64,000 bases of DNA from Spirochaetaceae bacterium (GCA_965224705.1 OZ245056.1:1056001-1120000), one strand, 5' to 3'; positions 19,140-29,884 are shown, numbered from the stretch's first letter. Translations and numbers: made by a program. Notes: a model not told the origin generated them from the sequence alone.

Positions 19140-22100
19140 TCATTGCCTGACCGGCAGGGGATTGATTTTAACCTTACCGGTCCGGAGATAACGGATGCCA
19201 TGGACAGCCGCGGCGGCGGCACTGGTTGTGGTTGTGTAGGGAATCTTCAGCGACACAGCTTCTGTTCTCATATCCTCGTCTCCAATTCGGCTGAATCGGC
19301 CGCTGGGCGTGTTGATGAGAAGCTGAATCCGGTTGGAGCGCATGTAGTCTACAACATTGGGATGACCTTCATGCACTTTCAATATAACCTCGGCAAATAT
19401 GCCATTTTCCCATAAGTACTGTGCTGTTCCACGGGTGGCACAAATGTTAAAACCAAGTTCTACCAGATCTTTCACTATGGGTAGAATACTATCCCTGTCT
19501 CTCTTGTGCACCGAGACAAATACCCGCCCCTTAATCGGAAGAATGCTGCCCACCGCAGCCTGGGATTTCGCAAAGGCTTCGCCGAAGCTTTCACCAGTGC
19601 CGATAGCTTCTCCTGTGGACATCATCTCCGGTCCCAAAACCGGGTCCAGGCCGGAAAATCGGTCAAACGAGAAAACGGCCTCTTTTATTGCCCAGCCGGT
19701 GAGGCAGTTCCCCTCACCGTAGTTCTCCTTGTTGATCAGTCCCTGCTCAGCCAGAGATTTTCCCTCCCAAACCTTGACTGCAGCGGCAATCAGGTCAACA
19801 CCCGAAACTTTGGAAAGAAATGGAATCGTGCGGGATGCCCGGGGATTCACTTCAATGACATAGAGAATACCATCCTTCACCGCGAATTGGATGTTCAGTA
19901 ATCCGACAATCTCAAACTCCCGGGCAATGCTTTGTGCGGCCTTCCGCATTGCTTCCAAAATATTCGGTGTCGATTTGTACGGCGGAAACACCGTTGCCGA
20001 ATCTCCTGAATGAATGCCCGCTGCTTCGATGTGCTGGAGAATGCCGCCGATGTAAATATTCTTTCCATCCGCAACGGAATCAAGGTCGTATTCAAAGGCA
20101 TCCTCAAGGAATTGATCCACCAGGACCGGACTTTCTGCCGTTACAGGAATATTTCCCGTAATGAATCCCTGGAGATCTTCTTCGCTGTAGGCAATCACCA
20201 TACTGCGTCCTCCCAGAACAAAGGAGGGCCGGAGCAGTACAGGGAAACCAATGTCCTGAGCCAGAGTCACCACTTCCTCCCGGCAGACAGCGATGCGGTT
20301 CTTTGGCTGCCGCAGCCCCAGCCGGATGATGGCTTCGGAGAAGAGCTGCCGGTTTTCGGTCCGGCGGATTTGCTGGACGCTGGTACCGATAATGCAGGCA
20401 CCGGTCGCCGCAAGTTCTTCTGCCATATTCAGCGATGTCTGTCCTCCTAATTGTACGGCGACATGCCGTGCCTTCTCCTTGCTGAGAACATCCAGGACAT
20501 GCTCGCTGGTGAGCGGCTCCATGTAGAGTCGATCCGATGTGTTGTAATCAGTGGAGACGGTCTCTGGATTGCTGTTGATCATCACTGTCTTTCGGCCCAT
20601 TTTTTGCCATGTCATGGATGCCAATGTGCAGCATGTATCGAATTCCAGTCCTTGCCCAATCCGATTCGGCCCCGAAGAGATAATGACGACACTGTCTTCT
20701 CCGAGAGCCTCTCCCTCGTCTTTTTCTCCCCAGGTAGAATAGAAATACGGCGTTGCCGCCTCAAACTCTCCCGCGCAGGTGTCCACTAGGTGGTAGCAGG
20801 GCATTAAGCCGTTTGTTTTGCGCAGGGATTGCAAGGCATGGACGCTTGTTCCGGTTAGTGAAGCTATGCGCTTATCCGATAGTCCCATACGCTTCGCATC
20901 CAGATAATCTCTTGTGCCGAGTTTTTTACCGGCCTTGGACAGGAATGCTTCCAAGTCCACCTGGATAAGTAATTGACTGAGAAACCAGATGTCAAAGCCG
21001 GATTTTTTGGACACAGGCAGCAGGGCCTTTTCCCCCTTCCTTTTAAGCACTGTGAATGCGGCCTGCAGTCGGCGGGGATGGGCGTTCTGGAGAATCATCT
21101 CCTCTTCATTCCGGCTGACTTTCAATTCTTCCATGCCGTCGACTCCGAACTCCGAGGCTCGTAAAGCCTTGTTGAGCGCTTCAAGGGCCGTCCGTCCCAG
21201 AGCCAGGGATTCACCAACGGATTTCATCTGACTTCCCAGCGCGCTATAAGCGGTGGGAAACTTCTCCATTTCAAATCGAGGAACTTTGACCGCGCAGTAG
21301 TCCAGTGTCGGCTCGAAGGCTAATGCGGTCTTGCCCGTGATTTCATTGAGTATCTCATCTAATGTGTAGCCTACAGCCAACTTAGCTGACCCCCGTGCAA
21401 TGGGGAATCCCGTGGCCTTGGATGCCAATGCGGACGAACGGGACACGCGGGGATTCATTTCAATGACGACCATTCTATTTGTTCCGGGTTGAACGGCGAA
21501 CTGTACATTGGAGCCGCCGCAGTCTACCCCGACCGCCCGAAGTATCCTGATGGCCGCGCTGCGCATCTTCTGATACTCACGATCCGAAAGGGTTTGGGCT
21601 GGAGCGATGGTGATGGAATCACCCGTATGAATACCCATGGGGTCAATATTTTCTATGGAACAGACGATTACCGCATTATCCATCCGATCCCGCATGACTT
21701 CGAGTTCAAACTCCTTCCAGCCTATAAGAGATTCCTCCACCAGCGCCTCGCCCGTTGGGCTTTCCCGAAGGGCTCGTTCCACCATAGATGCCAATTCTTC
21801 TTCATGATAGGCAATGGCACCGCCCATTCCGCCCAGGGTAAAACTGGGACGGATAATCAATGGAAATCCAATGTCCCGGGCCATGGCCCAGGCTGTTGAG
21901 ACATTGCGGCAAATGGCTGAGCGGGGTGATTCCAATCCCAGGGATTCGATCAGTTTCTTGAAGCTATGCCTATCCTCTGCTTTGCGGATAGACTCAACAG
22001 AGGCACCGATTATCTCAACATTGTATCGATCCAGAATCCCAAGCTCTGAGAGTTCCAGTGTGAGGTTCAATGCCGTCTGCCCTCCCATGGTAGAGAGAAC

Positions 22101-22355
22101 CGCATTCGGCCTTTCACGCTGAATGACGGCTTCAACATACTCGGGCCGCAAGGGTTCGACATAGACACTTCGAGCGGTTCCGGGTGTTGTCATCATCGTC
22201 GCGGGGTTGGGATTGAGCAGCACAACCCGATGTCCATCTTCCTCCAAAGCCCGGACGGCCTGGACACCGGAATAGTCGAATTCACAGGCCTGTCCTATAA
22301 TAATAGGCCCCGATCCGATGATTAAGATGGTTTCAAGATCCTTTCTTGCCGGCAT
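19140..22355 (-). CDS. carB: Carbamoyl-phosphate synthase large subunit
   Basis: IIGSGPIIIGQACEFDYSG, EMNPRVSRSSALASKATG, duplicated ATP-grasp domains, MGS domain. Confidence 0.98.
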   Translation of the reverse strand: MPARKDLETILIIGSGPIIIGQACEFDYSGVQAVRALEEDGHRVVLLNPNPATMMTTPGTARSVYVEPLRPEYVEAVIQRERPNAVLSTMGGQTALNLTLELSELGILDRYNVEIIGASVESIRKAEDRHSFKKLIESLGLESPRSAICRNVSTAWAMARDIGFPLIIRPSFTLGGMGGAIAYHEEELASMVERALRESPTGEALVEESLIGWKEFELEVMRDRMDNAVIVCSIENIDPMGIHTGDSITIAPAQTLSDREYQKMRSAAIRILRAVGVDCGGSNVQFAVQPGTNRMVVIEMNPRVSRSSALASKATGFPIARGSAKLAVGYTLDEILNEITGKTALAFEPTLDYCAVKVPRFEMEKFPTAYSALGSQMKSVGESLALGRTALEALNKALRASEFGVDGMEELKVSRNEEEMILQNAHPRRLQAAFTVLKRKGEKALLPVSKKSGFDIWFLSQLLIQVDLEAFLSKAGKKLGTRDYLDAKRMGLSDKRIASLTGTSVHALQSLRKTNGLMPCYHLVDTCAGEFEAATPYFYSTWGEKDEGEALGEDSVVIISSGPNRIGQGLEFDTCCTLASMTWQKMGRKTVMINSNPETVSTDYNTSDRLYMEPLTSEHVLDVLSKEKARHVAVQLGGQTSLNMAEELAATGACIIGTSVQQIRRTENRQLFSEAIIRLGLRQPKNRIAVCREEVVTLAQDIGFPVLLRPSFVLGGRSMVIAYSEEDLQGFITGNIPVTAESPVLVDQFLEDAFEYDLDSVADGKNIYIGGILQHIEAAGIHSGDSATVFPPYKSTPNILEAMRKAAQSIAREFEIVGLLNIQFAVKDGILYVIEVNPRASRTIPFLSKVSGVDLIAAAVKVWEGKSLAEQGLINKENYGEGNCLTGWAIKEAVFSFDRFSGLDPVLGPEMMSTGEAIGTGESFGEAFAKSQAAVGSILPIKGRVFVSVHKRDRDSILPIVKDLVELGFNICATRGTAQYLWENGIFAEVILKVHEGHPNVVDYMRSNRIQLLINTPSGRFSRIGDEDMRTEAVSLKIPYTTTTSAAAAAVHGIRYLRTGKVKINPLPVRQ

Positions 22356-22360
22356 GATTA

Positions 22361-23521
22361 TTAGTCCAGAGTCTCCATGAAGGAATCGAATACCCAGGAC
22401 GAGTCGGATGGTCCTGGTTTCGCCTCGGGATGATGCTGGATGCTTATCAGGCGAAGTTCCTGATTCTCAAAGCCCTCGACACTCCCATCGTTGGCGTTGC
22501 GGAAGCGCACTGTAAATCCTTCCGGCAAGCTGTCTTCATTCACCGCGAATCCGTGATTCTGGCTTGTAACAAAAACCCGGTTGGTTTTTTCATCCCGCAC
22601 CGGATGGTTCAGACCGTGATGCCCAAAGCGCATCTTGTAGGTACTTCCCCCCACTGCTTTGGCGAGGATTTGGTGTCCCAGACAGATGCCCCAAAGGGGT
22701 AAGTCTCCCATAAGATTCTTTGCAAGATTCACCTGGGATTCCAGGGGGCTGGGGTCGCCCGGACCATTGGAAAAGAGTAGGGCATCGGATTTTACCGCCC
22801 GGACACTGGCGGCATCGCTGTCGGCGGGCAAAATTGTCACTCGGCATCCTCGATCAACAAGTTCCTCTATGATGCCCCTTTTAACGCCGCAATCCAGTAA
22901 TACCACATGAGGCGAGCCTTCCGGGTTGACTGTTTCAGTTTTCAGCGTTCCCGCTTCACCGATCAGATTAAGTCCGTTCATATCCGGTATCCTTTCCAGA
23001 TATTTCAAGGCTGCCTGCAGTTCAGTTTTGGTCGGGCCGTCTGTGGAAGAGGATGCAAGGATCATACCGTTCTGACTCCCCGTCTTTCGAATCTTGAGGG
23101 TAAGACCGCGGGTATCCACTTCGCTGATTCCACAGACTCCATGCTGTGCCAGAAATTCCCCAATTCCGATTCGCCCATCAGGCGTGGGGCCGTGGTAGAC
23201 GGAGCGAAGCACCAGCCCGGAGGCTTTGATGCCCCTTGCCTGGAGACGGCCTGATTCCGGTCCAATTTCCGACCAGTCATCCGTGCACCCGACATTCCCG
23301 ATGTGAGGATAGGTCATCATAACAATCTGACCGGTATAAGATGGGTCTGTCAGAATTTCATGATAACCAGTCATACCGGTGTTGAAAATGACTTCCCCTG
23401 CGCAGGCCGCGGTACCTGGAGCAGCTGATAGATCGGCTGCCGTCGGCGGCGGGCAGCCAAACGAATATCCAGGCCAATAATCAGCATCTTCAAGTACGAG
23501 ATATGCGTTGGGATTCATCAA
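22361..23521 (-). CDS. carA: Carbamoyl-phosphate synthase small subunit
   Basis: GEVIFNTGMTGY, SNGPGDP, GICLGHQ, QHHPEAKPGP. Confidence 0.98.
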   Translation of the reverse strand: MMNPNAYLVLEDADYWPGYSFGCPPPTAADLSAAPGTAACAGEVIFNTGMTGYHEILTDPSYTGQIVMMTYPHIGNVGCTDDWSEIGPESGRLQARGIKASGLVLRSVYHGPTPDGRIGIGEFLAQHGVCGISEVDTRGLTLKIRKTGSQNGMILASSSTDGPTKTELQAALKYLERIPDMNGLNLIGEAGTLKTETVNPEGSPHVVLLDCGVKRGIIEELVDRGCRVTILPADSDAASVRAVKSDALLFSNGPGDPSPLESQVNLAKNLMGDLPLWGICLGHQILAKAVGGSTYKMRFGHHGLNHPVRDEKTNRVFVTSQNHGFAVNEDSLPEGFTVRFRNANDGSVEGFENQELRLISIQHHPEAKPGPSDSSWVFDSFMETLD

Positions 23522-23866
23522 CGGAGGTTTTACAGGCTGAACGGTATTCTGTCAACTATGAGTCTCCTATGATAACGAACAGGAATGCATTATCGATTGG
23601 CCGGAAGCGGGATATTTCCAGACTGATGAAATCGGTTATCGCCTGATTTTTCGTAATAGTACTTGAAAGGGGTCTTTGCTGCCAATATCGTCCGACTGAA
23701 AAAAAGCAGGGAAGATGATTTTAGCACCTGAACCAGCAGGATCTAAGCGGCGAGAAACATGTCTATATCAGGGTGGAAAGCTTGTTGGGGAACGGCTGTC
23801 ATCTTCGGAACCCGTTAATATCATAAGTGCAAATACAAGAAAGAATTATGGAATTACGGAGATGTA

Positions 23867-23895
23867 TTGACTCTTATGGTGGAAGGTGATATTAT
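23867..23895 (+). promoter_or_regulatory. Sigma70-like promoter for the nfeD-SPFH pair
   Basis: TTGACT-17 bp-TATTAT. Confidence 0.55.
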
Positions 23896-23969
23896 GTGAA
23901 GAAGAGATAGTTCATGCAAGACGACTATGGTTAATTTCTGATCTTGAACAAGAACAATGAGGCGAATAC

Positions 23970-24413
23970 ATGTTTGAGAATTTTTGGTGGGTCTTTGTAG
24001 TTGTTGGAATAGTGCTAATAATTTTTGAGATTTTTACACCTGGATTTGTAATAATGTGGTTTGGTATAGCTGCACTTGTAACAGCAATACCAGCATATTT
24101 GAATGCGCCAACATGGAGTATTGTTTTAACCTATGCCGTTTCTCTTTTTGTTTTGACAATATATGGGAGAAGAATTACTCTTAAATTATTTTCAAAATCA
24201 AGTTCAAATCTGAAAACGAATTCTAATAGCATTATTGGTAAGAAGGGATTTGTTGTAGAAGATATTGATGAGATGAATTCCTCTGGCAGAGTAAGGGTTG
24301 ATAATGAGCTCTGGACAGCAGTATCTATGAAAAATGAAATCATAAAAAAAGATACCAGAATAATAGTGAAAGAAATTAATGGTGTAAAATTAGTAGTAGA
24401 AAAGGAGTCATAA
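23970..24413 (+). CDS. NfeD-family membrane protein
   Basis: Hydrophobic N-half EIFTPGFVIMWFGI; OB-fold GRVRVDNELWTA; adjacent to an SPFH gene. Confidence 0.9.
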   Translation: MFENFWWVFVVVGIVLIIFEIFTPGFVIMWFGIAALVTAIPAYLNAPTWSIVLTYAVSLFVLTIYGRRITLKLFSKSSSNLKTNSNSIIGKKGFVVEDIDEMNSSGRVRVDNELWTAVSMKNEIIKKDTRIIVKEINGVKLVVEKES

Positions 24414-25436
24414 ATGAGTGTAAGTTTGATAATTGTTTTAAGTGTTACATTTCTTGTTGTTGCTGTATCTTTGACTGGGGTTAAACAGGTCCCTCAAGGT
24501 TTTGCCGTGATAATTGAGAGATTGGGTAAGTATCATAGAACCTTGGATTCTGGATTAAGCTTTACAATTCCCTTTTTGGATAGAATGAGAATTGTAAGAT
24601 CTGTTAATTTGAACCCTGAAAACTTAAAGCCAGTATATCTGGATTTAAGAGAGCAGGTGTACGATATCCCATCACAAAGTGTAATAACTCAAGATAGTAT
24701 AAATCTAACTGTTGATACTTTAATCTTTTATCAAATTATTGAGCCGTATAAAGCATGCTATGAAATTAAAGAATTAGTCCTTGCCATTCGAGAGTTATCA
24801 AAAACAACAATGAGAAATATATTTGGTGAATTGGATTTGGATGCTAGCTTGTCAGCAAGGGAATCAATAAATTCAAAACTACGGGGCATACTGGATGAAG
24901 CCACAGATAAATGGGGTACTAAAATTCTGAGAGTGGAAATACAAAATATAATTCCACCATCTGGTTTGAAAGATGATATGGAACGTCAAATGAAGGCTGA
25001 GCGCGCAAGACGGCAGGACATTACAATTGCAGAAGGAAAGAAGCAGGCTGCAATTTTAGAGGCTGAAGGTAGAAAGCAGCATGATATATTGACAGCACAA
25101 GGGGAAGCTGAGGCTAAGGTCTTGAGAGCTGAAGCAAACAAAAAGGAAAAAGTTCTTATCGCGGAGGGTGAGGCAGCGGAAATAAAACTCGTTCAAGAAG
25201 CAAATGCAACTGGTTGGGAAGAAATAAGGAAAGTTTTTAGTTCTGACAAGGGAGTAGATAATTTAGTTATATTGGAAATATTAAAATCCCAAAATGAAAT
25301 CGCAAAATCACTGTCTGTTGGAGATAGCCAAAAGATTTATTTGCCTAATGATGTAGCTGGTTTCTTCGGTGCTATTGGAGGAATGAAGGAATTACTGGCT
25401 GCAAAAGATAGAATAAAAAGTGATTCAAATAACTAA
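24414..25436 (+). CDS. SPFH/Band 7 (QmcA-like) protein
   Basis: ERLGKY, DLREQ, QMKAERARR and AEG repeats. Confidence 0.92.
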   Translation: MSVSLIIVLSVTFLVVAVSLTGVKQVPQGFAVIIERLGKYHRTLDSGLSFTIPFLDRMRIVRSVNLNPENLKPVYLDLREQVYDIPSQSVITQDSINLTVDTLIFYQIIEPYKACYEIKELVLAIRELSKTTMRNIFGELDLDASLSARESINSKLRGILDEATDKWGTKILRVEIQNIIPPSGLKDDMERQMKAERARRQDITIAEGKKQAAILEAEGRKQHDILTAQGEAEAKVLRAEANKKEKVLIAEGEAAEIKLVQEANATGWEEIRKVFSSDKGVDNLVILEILKSQNEIAKSLSVGDSQKIYLPNDVAGFFGAIGGMKELLAAKDRIKSDSNN

Positions 25437-25747
25437 AACTCAGCAGAGTCATCGAATAGTTGCCTTTTCAACCTATGGCCTGTGAAGGCGCAATTCATGG
25501 CAGCCGTTATGTGCCAAAAAAAGCAAAGAATAAAATTATTGCTTTGCCCGGCATGGACGGCAGGCGGCTACTTGATTGTACCGGCTATACATATTTGGCG
25601 CTGGGCATTTTCATTCATGCCTTGTCTTCTATAGGCCAAGCAGTTAAACCGCCTGAAATCTTCGGACTCTTCCAAGCGGACTTTCCACGCATTGCATCGC
25701 TCTTTTCCAGAAGCAACTATTTTTTTCACCATTAATAGTTTTGGATA

Positions 25748-25946
25748 GAGATATTGTCAAATGTTGTGGATGAAAAAAGTGCGAAATCCTCCAATTTATG
25801 CAGCTTTCCCAATGAAATTTCCATCTTTACAAAAAACTCCCTGAATAACTTTCGGGATCAGCTTGTAACCCTTCATCTTCTTCCAGGTCTTCTCCGCCTC
25901 ACAACATAGCTTCCAAGCCATCGTGAGAGTCGCAATTCTACTCCCC
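25748..25946 (-). mobile_element. IS256-family 3' remnant
   Basis: Reads GSRIATLTMAWKLCCEAEKTWKKMKGYKLIPKVIQGVFCKDG; ends TCCACAACATTTGACAATATCTC. Confidence 0.65.
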
Positions 25947-25950
25947 GCGC

Positions 25951-26524
25951 TGTGCCAAAGTAGTTGTCACACAAGTTAAGTCAACGTAGGAGGTGACAAT
26001 ATGCAGCGGTACAGTGTTCAATTCAGGAATACTATCTTGAAAAAGATGATCGGCCCGGAGAAACGGAAGGCAGCTGATCTCGCAGAGGAATTCGGGGTTT
26101 CTGCCGCCACAATCTATGGGTGGAAATCAAAGCTCAAAGACGGTACCCTTTCAGTTATGGAAAATGAATCAACCAGTCATGAGAGAAGACCGTCGGAGAA
26201 GCTCATGCTTCTACTCGAGTCAAAGAATATTTGTGAAGCAGAAATGGGTGAATGGCTTCGCCGAAATGGTCTGCATTCTGAGCATCCTGGGCTATGGGAA
26301 CAAGAACTCCGGGCCCTTGTTGATCAGAAAGGTGGGGATAAGTCCCGGGAGATGAAGGAGATTCGCAAGGAACTGAAAAAGAGGGATAAAGAGCTTAACC
26401 GTAAGGACAAGGCTCTTGCAGAGATGTCGACAATCATAGCACTTCAAAAAAAAACATCTCTTCTGTTTCAGGAAGGACGAGTGACTCATCGTAGTGTGAA
26501 GAAACAGATTGTTTCTGATATAAA
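25951..26524 (+). mobile_element. IS3-family element, left end and orfA, truncated by a MITE end
   Basis: Starts TGTGCCAAAGTAGTTGTCA; HTH orfA from 26001 with an A9 slippage tract near 26450. Confidence 0.8.
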
Positions 26525-26564
26525 GGAGTCTGTCGGACTTACGCCTCACGGCTCGATTTTTGCC
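26525..26564 (-). mobile_element. MITE right-end fragment
   Basis: Reverse complement of GGCAAAAATCGAGCCGTGAGGCGTAAGTCCGACAGACTCC. Confidence 0.8.
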
Positions 26565-26706
26565 GGTTAACCAGCATCGACCGTTTACGTATAACACTCT
26601 ACCACAGCCGCTAGAATCTGCAAGATCTATGACAGAGGCGAATGTGCCCGAAGGGCCGGAGGCAATAACGCAAGTTATCGCCGGAGCGCATCAACAGCTG
26701 TTAGAT
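26565..26706 (-). other. attC site, truncated by the MITE
   Basis: GTCATTTCATCTAAC nearly complements the cassette start GTTAAATGAAATGAC; homologous to attC 27277-27480. Confidence 0.75.
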
Positions 26707-26751
26707 GAAATGACAGCCGAAGAACCGTTCCCTAAGAAATCAATTGGAGAA

Positions 26752-27210
26752 CTAGGGAATCCCCAGCTCCAACATCTTCTTATGAATACCCCCGAGAACA
26801 TTGTTTTTTCGTTGCATGGTGTTGCTTTCATCGTTCCCGGAGTAAATGTCGGATATCGAGTCTAAGTATTTCGTGGATTGTATGAGTATCTCATCAATAC
26901 TAATAATCTGCCCGACTTTAAATCCCATGCATCGCATGATCCTGGTATCGATATGATTGTTGAATTCTTCTTTCCCATTGAAGTCCACTCGGTGTTGAAT
27001 TGTGTCAACGCATTTACCGAACTTCAACATTTTGCAGTTCCTACAGATATCATCCGACTTAACGACTAGCCTGATCTTAGATACTCTATTTTCGTATATC
27101 AGATTCCCTACGTTGTGATAGGAATGCCCATATGGGTGTTCGACCAAGTCTTTTCCTATTCCGTAATCACGAATTATGTCGAAAAAGTGATGTATTCTCA
27201 GTTCAACCAT
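26752..27210 (-). CDS. DUF1284-like Cys/His protein (cassette)
   Basis: LRIHHF...YGHSY...DDICRNC pattern. Confidence 0.6.
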   Translation of the reverse strand: MVELRIHHFFDIIRDYGIGKDLVEHPYGHSYHNVGNLIYENRVSKIRLVVKSDDICRNCKMLKFGKCVDTIQHRVDFNGKEEFNNHIDTRIMRCMGFKVGQIISIDEILIQSTKYLDSISDIYSGNDESNTMQRKNNVLGGIHKKMLELGIP

Positions 27211-27276
27211 TTCACGGCCTTGTAGCATTCGTTCTTCTGAACATCTTCTAGACTTTCATAATAACATCGTCATTTC

Positions 27277-27480
27277 ATTTAACGGCCCGCTGTTATCTGA
27301 CGTTTGCCGCCCCGAAGGGCTGGCCCAGATTTTGCCAATTATCCAGTAACAACTGTTCTCTGAACAAGACTCTACCACGACGAAACCAATTCTGCAAATC
27401 TGTGACAGAGGCAAATGCGGCCGAAGGTCCGGAGGCCGACGACGAAGTTGGCGGCCGGAGCAGATCAACAGCTGTTAAAT
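27277..27480 (-). other. Long attC site (204 bp)
   Basis: R'' ATTTAAC and R' GTTAAAT; GCTGTTGATCTG/CAGATAACAGC inner stem. Confidence 0.8.
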
Positions 27481-27519
27481 GAAAAAGACGTTGTGAATGC
27501 TATTTGACTGAGCAGGGAC

Positions 27520-28425
27520 CTACAAGAGCTTTTCGACAGCAGAAATTCGATCTTCAACATAAGCCTGGTCAATCGAATCGGGGAAATCTCGAAGGCGAAG
27601 GAACAAGCGCAGGGCTCGTTCATAGTTTGCGGACGCCATCTCAGCCATCGCCAAATTATTGATTATTATGTAGTCATTTGGCTCAAGTTCATATGCTAAG
27701 GATAGATAATGTGCCGCCTGGGCATGATTGTCGATCGCGGAATAGTAGTAGGCAATGATGTTGTATCCAAAAACATTCTGTGGATAGAGTTCAATCTGCA
27801 GTTTTGAAGTTTCATACAAGGCAGAAAGGCTTTCGGGAGATGAGACTCGTAACCATGCGGAGTAGTAGTCCTGTATTACACTGAGAAAAAATTCTTGAGT
27901 ACCAGGCGTTGGTTGATTTCGAGACCATAGCCATTTATTGTTGTTTGTCAACGAATACCTCAATGCACTCTTTAGTACCAGCGATTGGTTTTCGTACTCA
28001 CCGATTTGCTGCAAGGTGTGTATTAACCCGAATCTCATGTCCAGACGATCCGGAAATTTCTTGATTCCGTTCTGGATTACGTCGATTGCAGAGTTTTTAT
28101 TTCTCTCTTCATAAGTTATGCGGTCGTACATGTAGCCGACGACCTCATCATCTCCGTCCTTTGTGAGCTCCATATAACGCCCGTCAGGAGGCGGGTACCG
28201 ATACGTTCCAGTAACGGTGTCACGACCGAGTGCCAGGTAGTAATTGAAATACCCCACATAGACTTCGGGATCATCTGGATACTTCGAAATCCATTGATCC
28301 AAATGGGCTTTCATTTCGTCGAGATTTCCATCTTTATAAAGGCTATCGAAAGTATCTTTGTTGTCTGCAAATGAAACTGATGCGATGGTTATGACAAGTA
28401 CGAATACAAGATATCTTATTCTCAT
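27520..28425 (-). CDS. Exported TPR protein (cassette)
   Basis: Signal peptide; TPR-like helices (PDRLDMRFG, NNLAMA). Confidence 0.7.
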   Translation of the reverse strand: MRIRYLVFVLVITIASVSFADNKDTFDSLYKDGNLDEMKAHLDQWISKYPDDPEVYVGYFNYYLALGRDTVTGTYRYPPPDGRYMELTKDGDDEVVGYMYDRITYEERNKNSAIDVIQNGIKKFPDRLDMRFGLIHTLQQIGEYENQSLVLKSALRYSLTNNNKWLWSRNQPTPGTQEFFLSVIQDYYSAWLRVSSPESLSALYETSKLQIELYPQNVFGYNIIAYYYSAIDNHAQAAHYLSLAYELEPNDYIIINNLAMAEMASANYERALRLFLRLRDFPDSIDQAYVEDRISAVEKLL

Positions 28426-28444
28426 TCGAAGAATTCCCTTTTTC

Positions 28445-28535
28445 ATTAAACGTTCCGACAATATGTGAAGTCTAGCACGAAGTGGTAGACTTGGCGAAGC
28501 CCGAAGCGAAGCGGAGCATATATTGTCTGTTATAG
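28445..28535 (-). other. attC site (91 bp)
   Basis: CTCCAAATACATCCTATAAC pairs with the cassette start GTTATAGGAAATATTTGGAG; GACAATAT/ATATTGTC stem. Confidence 0.85.
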
Positions 28536-28551
28536 GATGTATTTGGAGTGG

Positions 28552-28983
28552 TTAGAAGATACTTCTTTGCCAGGTCCCCTCATTTATTTTTTGATTTGAT
28601 TCACCTTTTGAAAATCCATTTTGATCAAAGTGTAACTCTATAATAGGATATTTTCCATAATAAGTGTCTTGTCCTGCTTCAAACCTTAAATAAAAATATG
28701 GAGCGTCACTAGCTGAAGCATAGGTACCATCCCATAGTAATGAAAGTGTATGGTAGTGAATTGATGAAATCCTCTTTATTATAGCATCGGGAACTGTTAT
28801 TAGTTTATGGGGTAAAGATATTAAAATAGACTGGATTTCATTCTGACTAAAGGATATTTTTATTTCCTCTCCTGTAGAGTATGAAATCGTAATATCCCTT
28901 GGATTTTCAAATCTATCCTTATGAGCACGTACAGGACTGATTATCAGAACAAAGAAAATCAAAAAATAAAGATTTCTATTCAA
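28552..28983 (-). CDS. Hypothetical exported protein (cassette)
   Basis: GGAGG RBS, signal peptide, flanked by attC sites. Confidence 0.7.
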   Translation of the reverse strand: MNRNLYFLIFFVLIISPVRAHKDRFENPRDITISYSTGEEIKISFSQNEIQSILISLPHKLITVPDAIIKRISSIHYHTLSLLWDGTYASASDAPYFYLRFEAGQDTYYGKYPIIELHFDQNGFSKGESNQKINEGTWQRSIF

Positions 28984-29007
28984 TAGAGATATCCCTCCAA
29001 ATATTTC

Positions 29008-29152
29008 CTATAACGTTTTGCCGTTATACGACGTTTTGTGTTCTTGCCAAAGGCAAGATTGGCGGAAAAATTGCGAACTGCAATTTTTGTGACAAAACAA
29101 AATGTGCCGCAGGCCAAGGGCGAAGCCCGCAGCGTATGAACGGCTGTTATGC
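29008..29152 (-). other. attC site (145 bp)
   Basis: AACGCATAAC complements the cassette start GTTATGCGTT; GCCGTTCATACG/CGTATAACGGC stem; R' GTTATAG. Confidence 0.85.
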
Positions 29153-29168
29153 GTTGTTTTTCCTTAGT

Positions 29169-29822
29169 TTAAAACACTTGATCATATTCTTCAAATATCT
29201 TGTCTATATTGAAATATATCAGCTCCCCATTAAAGGCTTCGCTTGGATGAACCTCAAAGACATCAAACATATGCCCATCATACTCTTGAAGGCTCTGCGA
29301 TACATAGTCAATATTATTCATTCCCATGAAGATATACTCTTCATTTGTAGAAATGACCGGATAGGCTGTTGATGATGTTAATCCGTCCCCTGAATGTGAT
29401 ATTGAATCGAATAATCCCCAAAATACATATCTAAAAAAATCTAATTTTTCATCTTCGGTAGCTACCAAGGCAGGTATTGCATGATAAATAAATTGCAATT
29501 CACCCAAATGATTTCTAACATTTTCTTTGATTAGCTCTACAGCAGATATGAATTCTTCCTGTTCATTCAAGGTTTTCAATTCCTTTGAAATAGCAGAACC
29601 ATAAACATTATAATATTCTGTATCCCCATACTTCATGCGCAGATCAAAAAAAGAAACTGCCTCACCAGAAAGACATTTTTCAACAAGGATACTGTAGCTT
29701 TCGTCATTTTCTGTACCTTCATCACCTGATAAGAGGGTGGGTTGCAGACTCAGCGAGAAGTACCCCAATAAGATGATTTTGAACCAAGTTAAGGAAAACA
29801 TTTTATCATTTCTCAATTTCAC
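29169..29822 (-). CDS. Exported protein, DUF4919-like (first cassette of array 2)
   Basis: AAGGAG RBS; SGDGLTSSTAYPVISTNEEY motif. Confidence 0.55.
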   Translation of the reverse strand: MKLRNDKMFSLTWFKIILLGYFSLSLQPTLLSGDEGTENDESYSILVEKCLSGEAVSFFDLRMKYGDTEYYNVYGSAISKELKTLNEQEEFISAVELIKENVRNHLGELQFIYHAIPALVATEDEKLDFFRYVFWGLFDSISHSGDGLTSSTAYPVISTNEEYIFMGMNNIDYVSQSLQEYDGHMFDVFEVHPSEAFNGELIYFNIDKIFEEYDQVF

Positions 29823-29848
29823 CGCTTTATCTCCTTGTCAAAAATAAC

Positions 29849-29884
29849 GCATAACTAAATCTTATCTCCACGAATTTCATACAC
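29849..29884 (-). other. attI-like site 2 (crossover at 29855)
   Basis: Identical to site 1 through GATTTAGTTATG, then unrelated. Confidence 0.75.

Noticed and set aside
25440..25520. Possible attC after the SPFH gene
   Set aside because: A GTTATGT is present, but no convincing R'' or paired stem.
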